A DNA stretch of 64,000 nt from Mycoplasmatota bacterium (GTDB lineage: Bacteria > Bacillota_I > Bacilli_A > MAG-NZ), in assembly GCA_018394315.1 (NCBI GenBank), contig CP074575.1:248001-312000 (forward strand). Reading direction: 5' to 3'. Of the stretch, positions 18,940 through 28,160 are shown piece by piece. Both the position numbers and the translations under genes were made by a program. Position 1 is the first letter of the stretch, and each line of letters starts with the position of its first letter. Under the pieces are notes generated by a model. That model saw nothing but the letters and a program-made list of their open reading frames with translations, ran no database searches and had not been told where the DNA came from.

Positions 18940-20244
18940 CTAGGTTTTATAGTTTATAGCATACTCAAGTATACTATCACTTCCATTAACATAATCATCA
19001 AATGTATATCTAATATGTATGTCTGGATAGAGTGTATCATCACTTTCATCTATGAAATCAAAAAATTGAGACATTTGAAAATATTCTGTAGAGTAAAAGA
19101 CATCGAGTAAATTATTTGGAGTAGATGTAGGACGAATATCACCAAAACTGTCCGGTTTTTGTCCTATCGGTTCTCCAATCAAAATTCCATCTAGTTGTCC
19201 CTTAATAGATAGTGAGTTTAACATACCAGATGAATAGGTTCTCAAATTAATCAGTCCAATAAAATCTATATCATTCTTATAATTTTCTAACTCAGAATAT
19301 AAAGGAGATATAATTGTTGAATTCCCTCCTCCATTATCTCTTAAATCAATAATTATTTTTGTGAAACTATTATCATGAATTTCCTGTTTTACATCTTCCA
19401 CAAACTGCTCCATCTGATATCTTGAATCTTCTTTGCATTTACTATATTTAATATAGAGAACATCCTCATCAATTTTCGCCTGCCAATAAATACGACCTGT
19501 TTCATTTCTTGTAATGAAATTATCTGCTTTCTCTGCAAGAGTAACTCTAGAAGAAACCGACTCCTTTAATTCATATGTAAATATTTTGCCTTCTTTTAAA
19601 AGTACCATTTCAAGAGTGTCAAAGTCTTCATTATCAGCTATCATTTTCCAATATTCTGATTGATGCAGAATTCCAGGCAGCTTGAAATCTAGTGCAAAAT
19701 TAGATTCATGGGAAACTATGGCCGAAAATTTTTCCGAAACTTCCTCAAGACTTAGTCCATTTATAGCTACTATCCGAGAATTAAGTATTTTAGGATTACT
19801 TCCGGTAGTAGCAGTAATATAATAGTAGTTATCAAACTTACTTACCCTAATAGGAAAATATCGAGTTGGCCTAAATATTAGATTTGTATGGCTATCTCCA
19901 ATTTTGGCGAGTTCTTTCATCACTTCATGTTTAATAAAAATTTCATCAGCCTTATCATTTGCTCTTTCAATTATTCTATTCATTTCACCCACAAAAACTT
20001 GTGCATCATAATTCCTACTAATATCTTTGTGTAACTCAGGAAGATTATCTCTAAGATATTCCAAGTCTTCCACATACTTGCTAATCAGTTCTCGTTTTTC
20101 TTCATCCTCTTCATTCTGAACAGTATCAAGATTATGAATTGGATTACTGTGAGAAGAATCTTCTATCTCATGAATATTTTCATAACTCTTTGAACATGCA
20201 CCTACTAAGAAAGGTATCACTAATAGAAATGCTTTTTTCCACAT
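18940..20244 (-). CDS. S41-family peptidase, predicted lipoprotein
   Basis: Start MWKK behind GGAGG, lipobox LVGAC, IIDLRDNGGGNS, TYSSG and IGEP. Confidence 0.88.
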   Translation of the reverse strand: MWKKAFLLVIPFLVGACSKSYENIHEIEDSSHSNPIHNLDTVQNEEDEEKRELISKYVEDLEYLRDNLPELHKDISRNYDAQVFVGEMNRIIERANDKADEIFIKHEVMKELAKIGDSHTNLIFRPTRYFPIRVSKFDNYYYITATTGSNPKILNSRIVAINGLSLEEVSEKFSAIVSHESNFALDFKLPGILHQSEYWKMIADNEDFDTLEMVLLKEGKIFTYELKESVSSRVTLAEKADNFITRNETGRIYWQAKIDEDVLYIKYSKCKEDSRYQMEQFVEDVKQEIHDNSFTKIIIDLRDNGGGNSTIISPLYSELENYKNDIDFIGLINLRTYSSGMLNSLSIKGQLDGILIGEPIGQKPDSFGDIRPTSTPNNLLDVFYSTEYFQMSQFFDFIDESDDTLYPDIHIRYTFDDYVNGSDSILEYAINYKT

Positions 20245-20342
20245 ATTAATAACCTCCAAAGCTATATATATAAATAATAGCATATAGTGCTATCAATAGA
20301 GTCAATTATGTATTTAACCGTTCGACAAAAAGCAACGCAAAC

Positions 20343-20371
20343 AAAAAAACAGTTAGAAATTTAACTGTTTT
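20343..20371 (-). terminator. Terminator downstream of repeat R7
   Basis: AAAACAGTTA-GAAATT-TAACTGTTTT with an A-run. Confidence 0.75.
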
Positions 20372-20381
20372 ACTGTTCTTT

Positions 20382-20416
20382 TGGGGTGACTGAAGGCGTA
20401 CACTAAGTGCTTACGA
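20382..20416 (-). repeat. tRNA-His 3'-end repeat R7 (class B variant)
   Basis: TGGGGTGACTGAAGG is 14/15, followed by the bulged hairpin CGTACACTAAGTGCTTACGA. Confidence 0.85.
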
Positions 20417-20744
20417 ATCAGCTATTTCATAAGAATATAGCAAACTCATAAGATATGAATCCGGCTACTTCTACTGTGTCGGCACACAAAATATAATACA
20501 ATTTAACTTTGTCTTCCCTTTCTAACTATTAGTATTCTATTTTACTTTTGGTTACATTTTATAACTTTACATTGAACCTTTCAAATTTTCCTTTTGTCCT
20601 TTATAAGTATTTGTATGAAAAGTTAAATTGTTTATCCTTCCGTCTGTTTTGAACTTCACAAATTTCATTTTATAGGACGGTTTTAACATTGTATATAGCT
20701 AACTAAAACATATATTAAATGTCATAACTTCATAATCTATATAT

Positions 20745-21542
20745 CTACTTTTCTTCTAATAATAATTCTGAAAACTTGATTCCTTCTTCATACAATTCTT
20801 CTAAAAACACTCTAAGCTTTTCAATATTATGCACACCTTTATATATCGATTCAATATTCAAAGAACCCTCATATTCAGTTTCTTTAAGTTTATTTGCAAG
20901 TCCCTCCAACTCGATTAAACCTTGTGATAAGCTAAGATGATCATCAGTTTCACCATAATTGTTGTGTAAATGTATAGCAGATAATCTATCTCCATATAAT
21001 TTTAACCAATCAATATCTTTTGACCAAACATTTTCATGACCACAATCATAACAAAAATTAACATTGCTATTAGAGTACTTTTCCAGTACAAATATTAATG
21101 TTTCAGGTTTTCTCACATTTTCAAGAGCAATTGTAATACCATACTTCAATGCCAACTCAAAAATACCATCAAGCCTTTTAAGACCAATGTCACTGATTTC
21201 TGGTGGAGTATCTCCATTAGTTAAATGCATTACTATTGTGTTTATATTATATTTATGACAATCTTCAATTTCTTGAAGTAATTTATTAAACTTGTAATTT
21301 CCATCAACACTATCTAGCCAAATACTATTCATATTATAAAAATCTGAATGTACATTAGAAATGTTCAAATTATTAATTCGAGCAAGTCCTACTCGCTCTT
21401 CTCGAGACAAGGAATCATCTTCACCCCACCAAATCATAACCGATGTAAATCCACATTCTTTGTAAAGCCTAAACCTTTCTGAACAAGATAAAAAAGGAAA
21501 TCCATTTGCATCACTAATTCCAATACCATTCTTAATTTTCAT
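20745..21542 (-). CDS. Sugar phosphate isomerase/epimerase (AP endonuclease 2-like TIM barrel)
   Basis: IALEN, YDCGH, HLHNN, DDHL and NIES metal-binding motifs. Confidence 0.88.
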   Translation of the reverse strand: MKIKNGIGISDANGFPFLSCSERFRLYKECGFTSVMIWWGEDDSLSREERVGLARINNLNISNVHSDFYNMNSIWLDSVDGNYKFNKLLQEIEDCHKYNINTIVMHLTNGDTPPEISDIGLKRLDGIFELALKYGITIALENVRKPETLIFVLEKYSNSNVNFCYDCGHENVWSKDIDWLKLYGDRLSAIHLHNNYGETDDHLSLSQGLIELEGLANKLKETEYEGSLNIESIYKGVHNIEKLRVFLEELYEEGIKFSELLLEEK

Positions 21543-21786
21543 TCATAAGCCTCTTTCTATATCTAGATAGCATTTATTAACTCACATCGCTCTTTTAAAA
21601 TATTATTTAATCAACAAAATATTTTAAATTAACTATTATTTATGTGAACACCACAGAATATATTATTTCTAACTGTGTAAATACATTATTTATTATATCA
21701 ATATTGAATTGACATGTTAAGGTCATATCTTCCATAATACTATTTGCAAAGTCCTACTTTTGTAATTAAGTATTCGTCAGTCTCAA

Positions 21787-21816
21787 TGGGGCCACTCAAG
21801 GGGCTCGAACCCACGA
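21787..21816 (-). repeat. tRNA-His 3'-end repeat R8 (diverged class A)
   Basis: TGGGGCCACTCAAGGGGCTCGAACCCACGA matches 21950-21979 at 25/30. Trailer TCGTCAGTCTCAA resembles that of the tRNA. Confidence 0.85.
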
Positions 21817-21909
21817 GTGAAAACAGTACTAAACACACCAATTCAACACTAAAATGACTCCATTTAGAAAATTTAGCGTTCTCAAAGCTCCATATAGTTC
21901 ATATAAAAC

Positions 21910-21937
21910 AAAAAAAGAACTAGTTTTCACTAGTTCT
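21910..21937 (-). terminator. tRNA-His terminator
   Basis: Minus strand AGAACTAGT-GAAA-ACTAGTTCT followed by a T-run. Confidence 0.9.
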
Positions 21938-21949
21938 CGTAAGTCTCAA

Positions 21950-22026
21950 TGGGGCGACTGAAGGGAATCGAACCCTCGAATATCGGAGCCACAATCCGAC
22001 GTGTTAACCACTTCACCACAATCGCC
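21950..22026 (-). tRNA. trnH: tRNA-His (GTG)
   Basis: GGCGATTG...TCGGA-TTGTGGC-TCCGA...GAGGG-TTCGATT-CCCTT-CAGTCGCC-CCA. 8-bp acceptor stem with G-1 and encoded CCA. Confidence 0.98.
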
Positions 22027-22098
22027 ATTTATTTTATTGCTATATGAGTATACCACAAATGAATATAGTTGTCTAGGTTTTTATAGCGAGAAATTTAA

Positions 22099-22845
22099 CT
22101 AAGAATTGCCATTTAGATTCCTACTTTTAACAACCATGTATTCAATTACTAGAACAATGACTATTAGGATAATGGTCCATGCATAAACTAAATCAAATTG
22201 TAGGTTTTGTCTTTCAAGATAAATCATATAACCAATTGAATCTTTTGTCTGAGCAATAAATTCGCTCATTACTATAACTTTTATACCAAGTCCAATAGAT
22301 TGTAATAACGCTGTCTTTAAAAACGGAGTTATAAGTGGAAGGTACAAATCCTTAATAATCGTAAAATTTATTCCATCATGTTCTAATTTCAACACTTCAA
22401 TAAATTTTTTATCAATACTTATGATACCTTCAAATACTGCTTGATAAACAACTGGGAAAATCATTAGAAAAGAGATTATGTATGGAGCCTTTTCATAACC
22501 AGTCCAAATCAGAACTATTAGAATAATTGAAACTACCGGTAATGTTCTAAGTACTGTAACAATTGGTTTCATAAATGTTGAAACACATTTATAAATACCT
22601 CCAATTATTCCAAGAAAAATTCCAAGGATACCAGCAATTGCTAGTGAAATAAATAACCTATATAAAGTCATTCCAATGATAAAATGAGTTTCCGCATCAC
22701 TTAATAATTCAACCACTGAACCAAAGACGACTGTTGGCATTGGTAGCACTATAGCATTATCTTTATAAGCGGCGAAAACTATCCAAATAAGGATAGTTAA
22801 CATTATATTGGAAGAGTACACTATGGCTTTCTTCAAAAATCCCAC
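22099..22845 (-). CDS. ABC transporter permease (NitT/TauT/SsuC type)
   Basis: LPMPTVV, six TM helices and SEFIA...SIG pattern. Confidence 0.88.
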   Translation of the reverse strand: MGFLKKAIVYSSNIMLTILIWIVFAAYKDNAIVLPMPTVVFGSVVELLSDAETHFIIGMTLYRLFISLAIAGILGIFLGIIGGIYKCVSTFMKPIVTVLRTLPVVSIILIVLIWTGYEKAPYIISFLMIFPVVYQAVFEGIISIDKKFIEVLKLEHDGINFTIIKDLYLPLITPFLKTALLQSIGLGIKVIVMSEFIAQTKDSIGYMIYLERQNLQFDLVYAWTIILIVIVLVIEYMVVKSRNLNGNS

Positions 22846-22862
22846 CGCCTAAATATTCTATT

Positions 22863-23879
22863 CTATTGATAATAGAAATCATCATCAGGTAACCTGTCAC
22901 CTAATAATTTACTATTTAAATCCATTATTTTATTAAAGTAAAACTCTAAAGAATCTTTAGAATCCATTGCAGAAACATATTCAATATGGCTAGCCTCAAT
23001 GGTATTCTCTAGTACAGGTTGCGGAAAACCATATCCTAGCTCTACCGCATATTCTGCCATTGTTTTTGTGCTTACATTAGCTTGAGTAGCTGATATTTTT
23101 ATTAATTTCATATAATTATCTACAACATCTTTTCTCTTCTCAATCAATTCTTTCTTTACAAAAACTCCAGCTTGAGGGTATGAACTACTATTAGTCATTT
23201 TCTTCCATTCATCTTGTAAATCAATTGTCTTAATATTATTTACTTTCATTTTAGTAGCGCTTACAACTGGTTCTGCTAATAGCACTATTTTTGAACTATC
23301 TAATACTAATTCAGTCTGTGCATCTGCAGCTGATTGTACGTATTTAATTGTTGGTTGATTATCAAACTCATAATTATTCAATACAGACTGAATAATTACA
23401 TCTGGTGTGGCATTATGCCCGAACACCACAATCTCTTTACCATCTAAATTTTCAATACTAAATTCTTCTTCACTTGAAGTAACTAAATATAGATTCCCCC
23501 ATACAACAGTCCCTGTGAAAACATATTCATTACCCATATTATATAATTTTGCTGCTAGATTCGTAGGCGCAAAAATTATGTCATGAGATCCGCTTGTAAA
23601 AGCAGCAACTAAAGGATCTACTCCTATAACTGTTTCTACTGCATAAGAAGAGTTTTTACCTAGACTCGTCATCTCATATTGAATAAATGTTTGAGCTAGT
23701 GCAGGAGAACCGATTGGCGCCATCACTTTAATATCAACTTGTTCATACTCAAATTCTTTTGAAACAACTTCTGGTAAATTCAACTTAGATTCTGATTGTT
23801 TTCCATCATTACTTAAAACTAGTACATAACTTGCGATCATTCCTAAAACTAAAAAAAGTCCGATTATTGTCTTCTTCAT
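22863..23879 (-). CDS. ABC substrate-binding protein (NitT/TauT type)
   Basis: Signal anchor, PTNLAAKLYN, WGNLY and LLAEP. Adjacent to the permease. Confidence 0.85.
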   Translation of the reverse strand: MKKTIIGLFLVLGMIASYVLVLSNDGKQSESKLNLPEVVSKEFEYEQVDIKVMAPIGSPALAQTFIQYEMTSLGKNSSYAVETVIGVDPLVAAFTSGSHDIIFAPTNLAAKLYNMGNEYVFTGTVVWGNLYLVTSSEEEFSIENLDGKEIVVFGHNATPDVIIQSVLNNYEFDNQPTIKYVQSAADAQTELVLDSSKIVLLAEPVVSATKMKVNNIKTIDLQDEWKKMTNSSSYPQAGVFVKKELIEKRKDVVDNYMKLIKISATQANVSTKTMAEYAVELGYGFPQPVLENTIEASHIEYVSAMDSKDSLEFYFNKIMDLNSKLLGDRLPDDDFYYQ

Positions 23880-23991
23880 CAATTTCCATCCTTTCATCCA
23901 ACTTTTTATATTATACATTGTTCGACAAGTCTATGCACTAAAAATGCTTTTTACACGAATTAAATGATATACTTAATATGGAGGTGCTTTT

Positions 23992-25110
23992 ATGAATACT
24001 GTAGTTATTAAGAAGTGCGATAGATATGATGTAGGTTTGATTAAGAGTCAAATAAATCTTTCATTACAGGAATTAGGGGGACTTGATTTATATATTAAAC
24101 CTAAATCAAAGGTACTCCTAAAAACAAACCTAATGACTGTTAAAAAGCCAATACAAGCAGCAACAACTCATCCAACATTTGTTGAAGCACTAATAGAAAT
24201 TTTTAAAGAACATGAGTGTGAAGTAATAATTGCAGATAGTCCTGGTGGACCATACATATCATCGATGATGAAAAGAGTATATAAAGCTACTAAAATGGAA
24301 GAGATATCTGATAAACATGGAATTGAGTTAAATAGGGACTATGGAAGTTATGAGGTGTTTGATAATAAATCTTCTTTATATAAAAAAATGAAAATATGTA
24401 ATTTTGTTAAAAATGCGGATCATATTATAAGTGTTTCAAAACTCAAAACTCATGCCTTTATTACATTTACTGGAGCTGTTAAAAATATGTTCGGTGTTGT
24501 ACCAGGACTTGCTAAAGCTGACTTACATATGCAATATCCAGAATTATTAGATTTCGGAAACATGCTTGTTGATGTATGTACTCATATAAGTCCAACACTT
24601 TCATTTATGGACGGTATTATAGCTATGGAAGGTGAAGGTCCAGGTAGTGGAAATCCAAGACAAATGAATACCATATTAACCTCTACTAGTCCTTATCATT
24701 TAGATGTAGTTGCTTCCAAGATGATTAATATCGATCCAAAAACAATTCCAACTGTTTATAATTCAATCGAGAGAGGAATTGTTAAGAGTGACTTTAGTGA
24801 TATAGATTTAATTGGTAATATGGATGAATTTATTGAGCATGATTTTGTCCAAGCCCAAAGTAATAAATTTAAAGACGGTCATAAGTGGAGTATATGGAGA
24901 TACTTCAAAAGATTCCCTAAAATTATCACTAAATCATGCGTAGGATGCAAGGACTGTGCTAATGTTTGTCCTGCTAATACAATTGATATAGTCAATAAGA
25001 AAGCAGTTATCAACTATGAAAATTGTATTAGTTGCTTTTGTTGTCATGAGTTTTGCCCTGTTAAAGCTATTACAGTAAAGAGAAAACTCTTCCGTAAGAA
25101 TTTAAAGTAA
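23992..25110 (+). CDS. DUF362 domain protein with C-terminal 2x[4Fe-4S] ferredoxin
   Basis: TTHP, KLKTH, GAVKN and EGEGP, plus two CxxCxxCxxxCP motifs. Confidence 0.9.
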   Translation: MNTVVIKKCDRYDVGLIKSQINLSLQELGGLDLYIKPKSKVLLKTNLMTVKKPIQAATTHPTFVEALIEIFKEHECEVIIADSPGGPYISSMMKRVYKATKMEEISDKHGIELNRDYGSYEVFDNKSSLYKKMKICNFVKNADHIISVSKLKTHAFITFTGAVKNMFGVVPGLAKADLHMQYPELLDFGNMLVDVCTHISPTLSFMDGIIAMEGEGPGSGNPRQMNTILTSTSPYHLDVVASKMINIDPKTIPTVYNSIERGIVKSDFSDIDLIGNMDEFIEHDFVQAQSNKFKDGHKWSIWRYFKRFPKIITKSCVGCKDCANVCPANTIDIVNKKAVINYENCISCFCCHEFCPVKAITVKRKLFRKNLK

Positions 25111-25190
25111 GTTACTTTTTCAAATATAATATTGATTGAATTATTATTATCTTTGTACTATAATAGGATGAATTAATAAGGAGGAAAGAT

Positions 25191-26582
25191 ATGCTAAAGG
25201 ATCAAGTCATTAAAGACGTTTTAATCACAGCTTTAAGCACTGGAGCTGATTTTGCTGAAATCTTTTTAGAAGATAAAGTAAGTAATAACCTTCAAGCTGA
25301 GGGGGGAGTAATATCAAGTGCAAACAATAGTCACATAAAAGGAGCAGGTATTAGAGTTTTCAAAGAAAAGGAAGTAGTATATGGATACTCAAATAATCTA
25401 GAAACTGATAAACTCCTTAAATTAGCAAGCGATCTAGCAAGTTCATTTAACGGAGCACCTATAATAAGCGAAATTATTTTTAATAAAACAAGTAGCAAAG
25501 ATAAACATAAAGCTAAAATTCATCCCAAAGATGTAAGTATTGAGCAAAAAGCAAAATACATTACTGATGCTCATAACTATGCTAAATCATATGATGAATG
25601 CATTTCACAAACAAGAATTACTCTTTCAGACGTAGCACAAGAAATTTTAATCGTAAATTCAAACGGTAAGTATGTAACTGATACTAGAGTTAGAACTAGA
25701 ATTTATATTACATCTATTGCTTCTAAAGACGGACAAATGCAAACTGGTTCAGAAGGTCCTGGAGGATTAGTAGGCTATGAATTATTCGATGAAATCAATT
25801 TAAAAGAAGTTGCTATTGATACTGCAAGAGTCGCAAAAACTATGGCTGAAGCTGAAGAATGTCCATCTAAAGAAATGCCTGTTATCATGAATAATGGATT
25901 TGGTGGAGTTATTTTCCATGAAGCTTGTGGTCATCCATTAGAAGCGACAACTGTTGCTAGAGGATTATCGGTATTCTGCGGGAAACTAGGTACAAAAATT
26001 GCTTCAGAATTAGTAACTGCAATTGATGATGCAACCATCCCAAATGCATGGGGTTCAGGAAATATTGATGATGAAGGTAATCCAACAGAAAATATAGTAC
26101 TGATTAAAGATGGTATCTTAAAGAGTTATTTAGTAGATAGTTTTAATACAAGATTAATGGATCATGAATTAAGAAGTTGTGGTAGAAGAGAATCATACAA
26201 ATTCATGCCTACCTCAAGAATGAGTAATACTTTCATTGACAATGGTACTAGTACTTTTGATGAAATAATTGAAAATACTGAATATGGATTATTCGCAGCT
26301 AGATTAGGAGGAGGTTCTGTTAATCCTATTACTGGTGACTTTAACTTTGCAGTTATGGAAGGTTATATTGTTGAAAATGGTAAAATTAGCAAACCGGTAC
26401 GTGGAGCAACTCTTGTAGGAAATGGAGCAGAAGTACTACATAAAATTGATATGATAGCTGATAACCTAGAGCGAGCACAAGGTATGTGTGGTTCATCAAG
26501 TGGATCAATACCAGCTGATGTTGGTCAACCAACTCTAAGAGTTTCTAAAATGACTGTTGGTGGAAGAAAGGGGGCTAACTAA
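25191..26582 (+). CDS. tldD: TldD metalloprotease
   Basis: HEACGHPLE, DDEG, RMSNT and GMCG...VGQP motifs. Confidence 0.93.
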   Translation: MLKDQVIKDVLITALSTGADFAEIFLEDKVSNNLQAEGGVISSANNSHIKGAGIRVFKEKEVVYGYSNNLETDKLLKLASDLASSFNGAPIISEIIFNKTSSKDKHKAKIHPKDVSIEQKAKYITDAHNYAKSYDECISQTRITLSDVAQEILIVNSNGKYVTDTRVRTRIYITSIASKDGQMQTGSEGPGGLVGYELFDEINLKEVAIDTARVAKTMAEAEECPSKEMPVIMNNGFGGVIFHEACGHPLEATTVARGLSVFCGKLGTKIASELVTAIDDATIPNAWGSGNIDDEGNPTENIVLIKDGILKSYLVDSFNTRLMDHELRSCGRRESYKFMPTSRMSNTFIDNGTSTFDEIIENTEYGLFAARLGGGSVNPITGDFNFAVMEGYIVENGKISKPVRGATLVGNGAEVLHKIDMIADNLERAQGMCGSSSGSIPADVGQPTLRVSKMTVGGRKGAN

Positions 26583-27892
26583 TGAATATTTTTAACGTTG
26601 CAAAACAAAAAGGGATTGAGGATTTAGAACTATATACTTCTAAATCACAAGGTAAAAATATAAGCGCACTTAATGGTACAGTTGAATCATATCAAATTTC
26701 TAACCAAGATTTACTTTCTGTAAGAGGAATTATAGATGGCAAAATGGGTTATGTTTACACAGAGGATTTAAATGAAAATACAGATGAACTATTAAATAGA
26801 TTAATCGATAATGCAAAAATAGTTTCTAGTCCTGATGTTGAGGAAATCTTTTCTGGCAGTGATGAATACACTGATTTGGGAGAAATAAGTTCTGAAGTAG
26901 TTGAACATGACGAAATCATCTCAATGGTAGAACTAATAAATAAAACCGCAAAAGAGTTTGACAGTAAAATTTCTGATACAAATATAGTTTTTATAGAAAA
27001 TACCAACGAGACAAAAATTCAAAACTCAAAAAATTTGAAATTAGAGAAAAAGGACAAACATTATATATTGGCGATAAGTACAGTAGGTTTGCTAGGTGAG
27101 CAAAAAAGTTCTGCTTTTGAATTTGAAGTTGTTAAATCCTTCAAAGATTTCAATCCTAAAAAAATAGCATTAGACAGCGCAAAAGCAGCAGTTGCAGAAT
27201 TAGGTGCTGGCCCTTGTAAGTCTGGATCATACCCAATTGTACTTAAAAACACTGCAGGTTCAGAAATCTTATCTGCAATCAGGGGAATGTTCTATGCAGA
27301 AAATGTACAAAAAGGACTATCTCCACTTAAAGATAAATTAAATGAAAAAATCACTGGTGGAAACATTACAATTGTTGACGACCCATTCATCAAAGTGGGA
27401 ATGAATAGATCATCATTTGATGATGAAGGAGTTTCTACTAGTGTAACTACTTTAATTGAAAATGGGAATTTGAATTCTTACTTACATAATTTAAAATCAT
27501 CTAAAATAGATAAAGTTGAATCGACTGGGAATGGATTTAAAGCATCTGTTCAATCTAAAGTGGGTACATCCACAACAAACCTTTACATAAAGGAAAATGA
27601 TAGTTCATTTGAGAGTTTATTTGAAGGTATAAAAAAAGGTGTATATATCACTAGAGTTGCTGGTACACATTCTGGAATTAATGGAATAAACGGAGATTTT
27701 TCTTTGCAGTCTCAGGGATTTATGATAGAAGATGGTAAAATTACTACCCCCGTACGTCTTATCACAATTGCCGGAAATTATTTTGATATGTTAAGCAAAG
27801 TAGAAAAAATAGCTAATGATATGAAATTCAATTTAACAGGTGTAGGAGCACCATCAATGTTGATTAAAGAATTACCAGTTTCAGGTAAATAG
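26582..27892 (+). CDS. pmbA: TldE/PmbA protein
   Basis: FDDEG, STGNG and GDFSL, no HExxxH. Coupled to tldD. Confidence 0.9.
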   Translation: MNIFNVAKQKGIEDLELYTSKSQGKNISALNGTVESYQISNQDLLSVRGIIDGKMGYVYTEDLNENTDELLNRLIDNAKIVSSPDVEEIFSGSDEYTDLGEISSEVVEHDEIISMVELINKTAKEFDSKISDTNIVFIENTNETKIQNSKNLKLEKKDKHYILAISTVGLLGEQKSSAFEFEVVKSFKDFNPKKIALDSAKAAVAELGAGPCKSGSYPIVLKNTAGSEILSAIRGMFYAENVQKGLSPLKDKLNEKITGGNITIVDDPFIKVGMNRSSFDDEGVSTSVTTLIENGNLNSYLHNLKSSKIDKVESTGNGFKASVQSKVGTSTTNLYIKENDSSFESLFEGIKKGVYITRVAGTHSGINGINGDFSLQSQGFMIEDGKITTPVRLITIAGNYFDMLSKVEKIANDMKFNLTGVGAPSMLIKELPVSGK

Positions 27893-27919
27893 GACGAACA
27901 TCAAGTTCGTCTTTTTTTT
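27893..27919 (+). terminator. Rho-independent terminator
   Basis: GACGAAC-ATCAA-GTTCGTC followed by T8. Confidence 0.85.
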
Positions 27920-28160
27920 GCTTTGCGATTAATCTACTTTAAGGTATAAGTTCATCCCGATTCCGCAAATCCCAAACAGTACCAGGCCTTTACATTAACA
28001 TCCAGCTAGTACCGCTTTTACTGTAGATAATTTTCCATCGTCATAACTTATTAGTTCTATGATTTTATAATTACATTCATTATAAGGAATTCTAATAATA
28101 CTTCTTTCAACCTTCAACTCAATTCCTTTAATTATATTATAAAAAAATGGTAGAATAATT

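Noticed and set aside
3584..20382. Two units of almost equal length (1863 and 1864 bp)
   Set aside because: Contents and site classes differ and one includes an IS relic, so this is most likely coincidence.
5447..21816. Repeats as additional tRNA genes
   Set aside because: Only the T-arm and 3' acceptor strand are present, with no D-arm, anticodon arm or 5' acceptor strand.
3584..21979. Recurring 15-30 bp repeat as a CRISPR array
   Set aside because: Spacing is 0.16-8.7 kb and contains genes, the repeat is the tRNA-His 3' end, and no cas genes are present.
1..22026. Integrase or recombinase gene for the array
   Set aside because: No ORF shows tyrosine (HxLRH...Y) or serine recombinase motifs. 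Decayed intergenic frames could not be assigned by eye.
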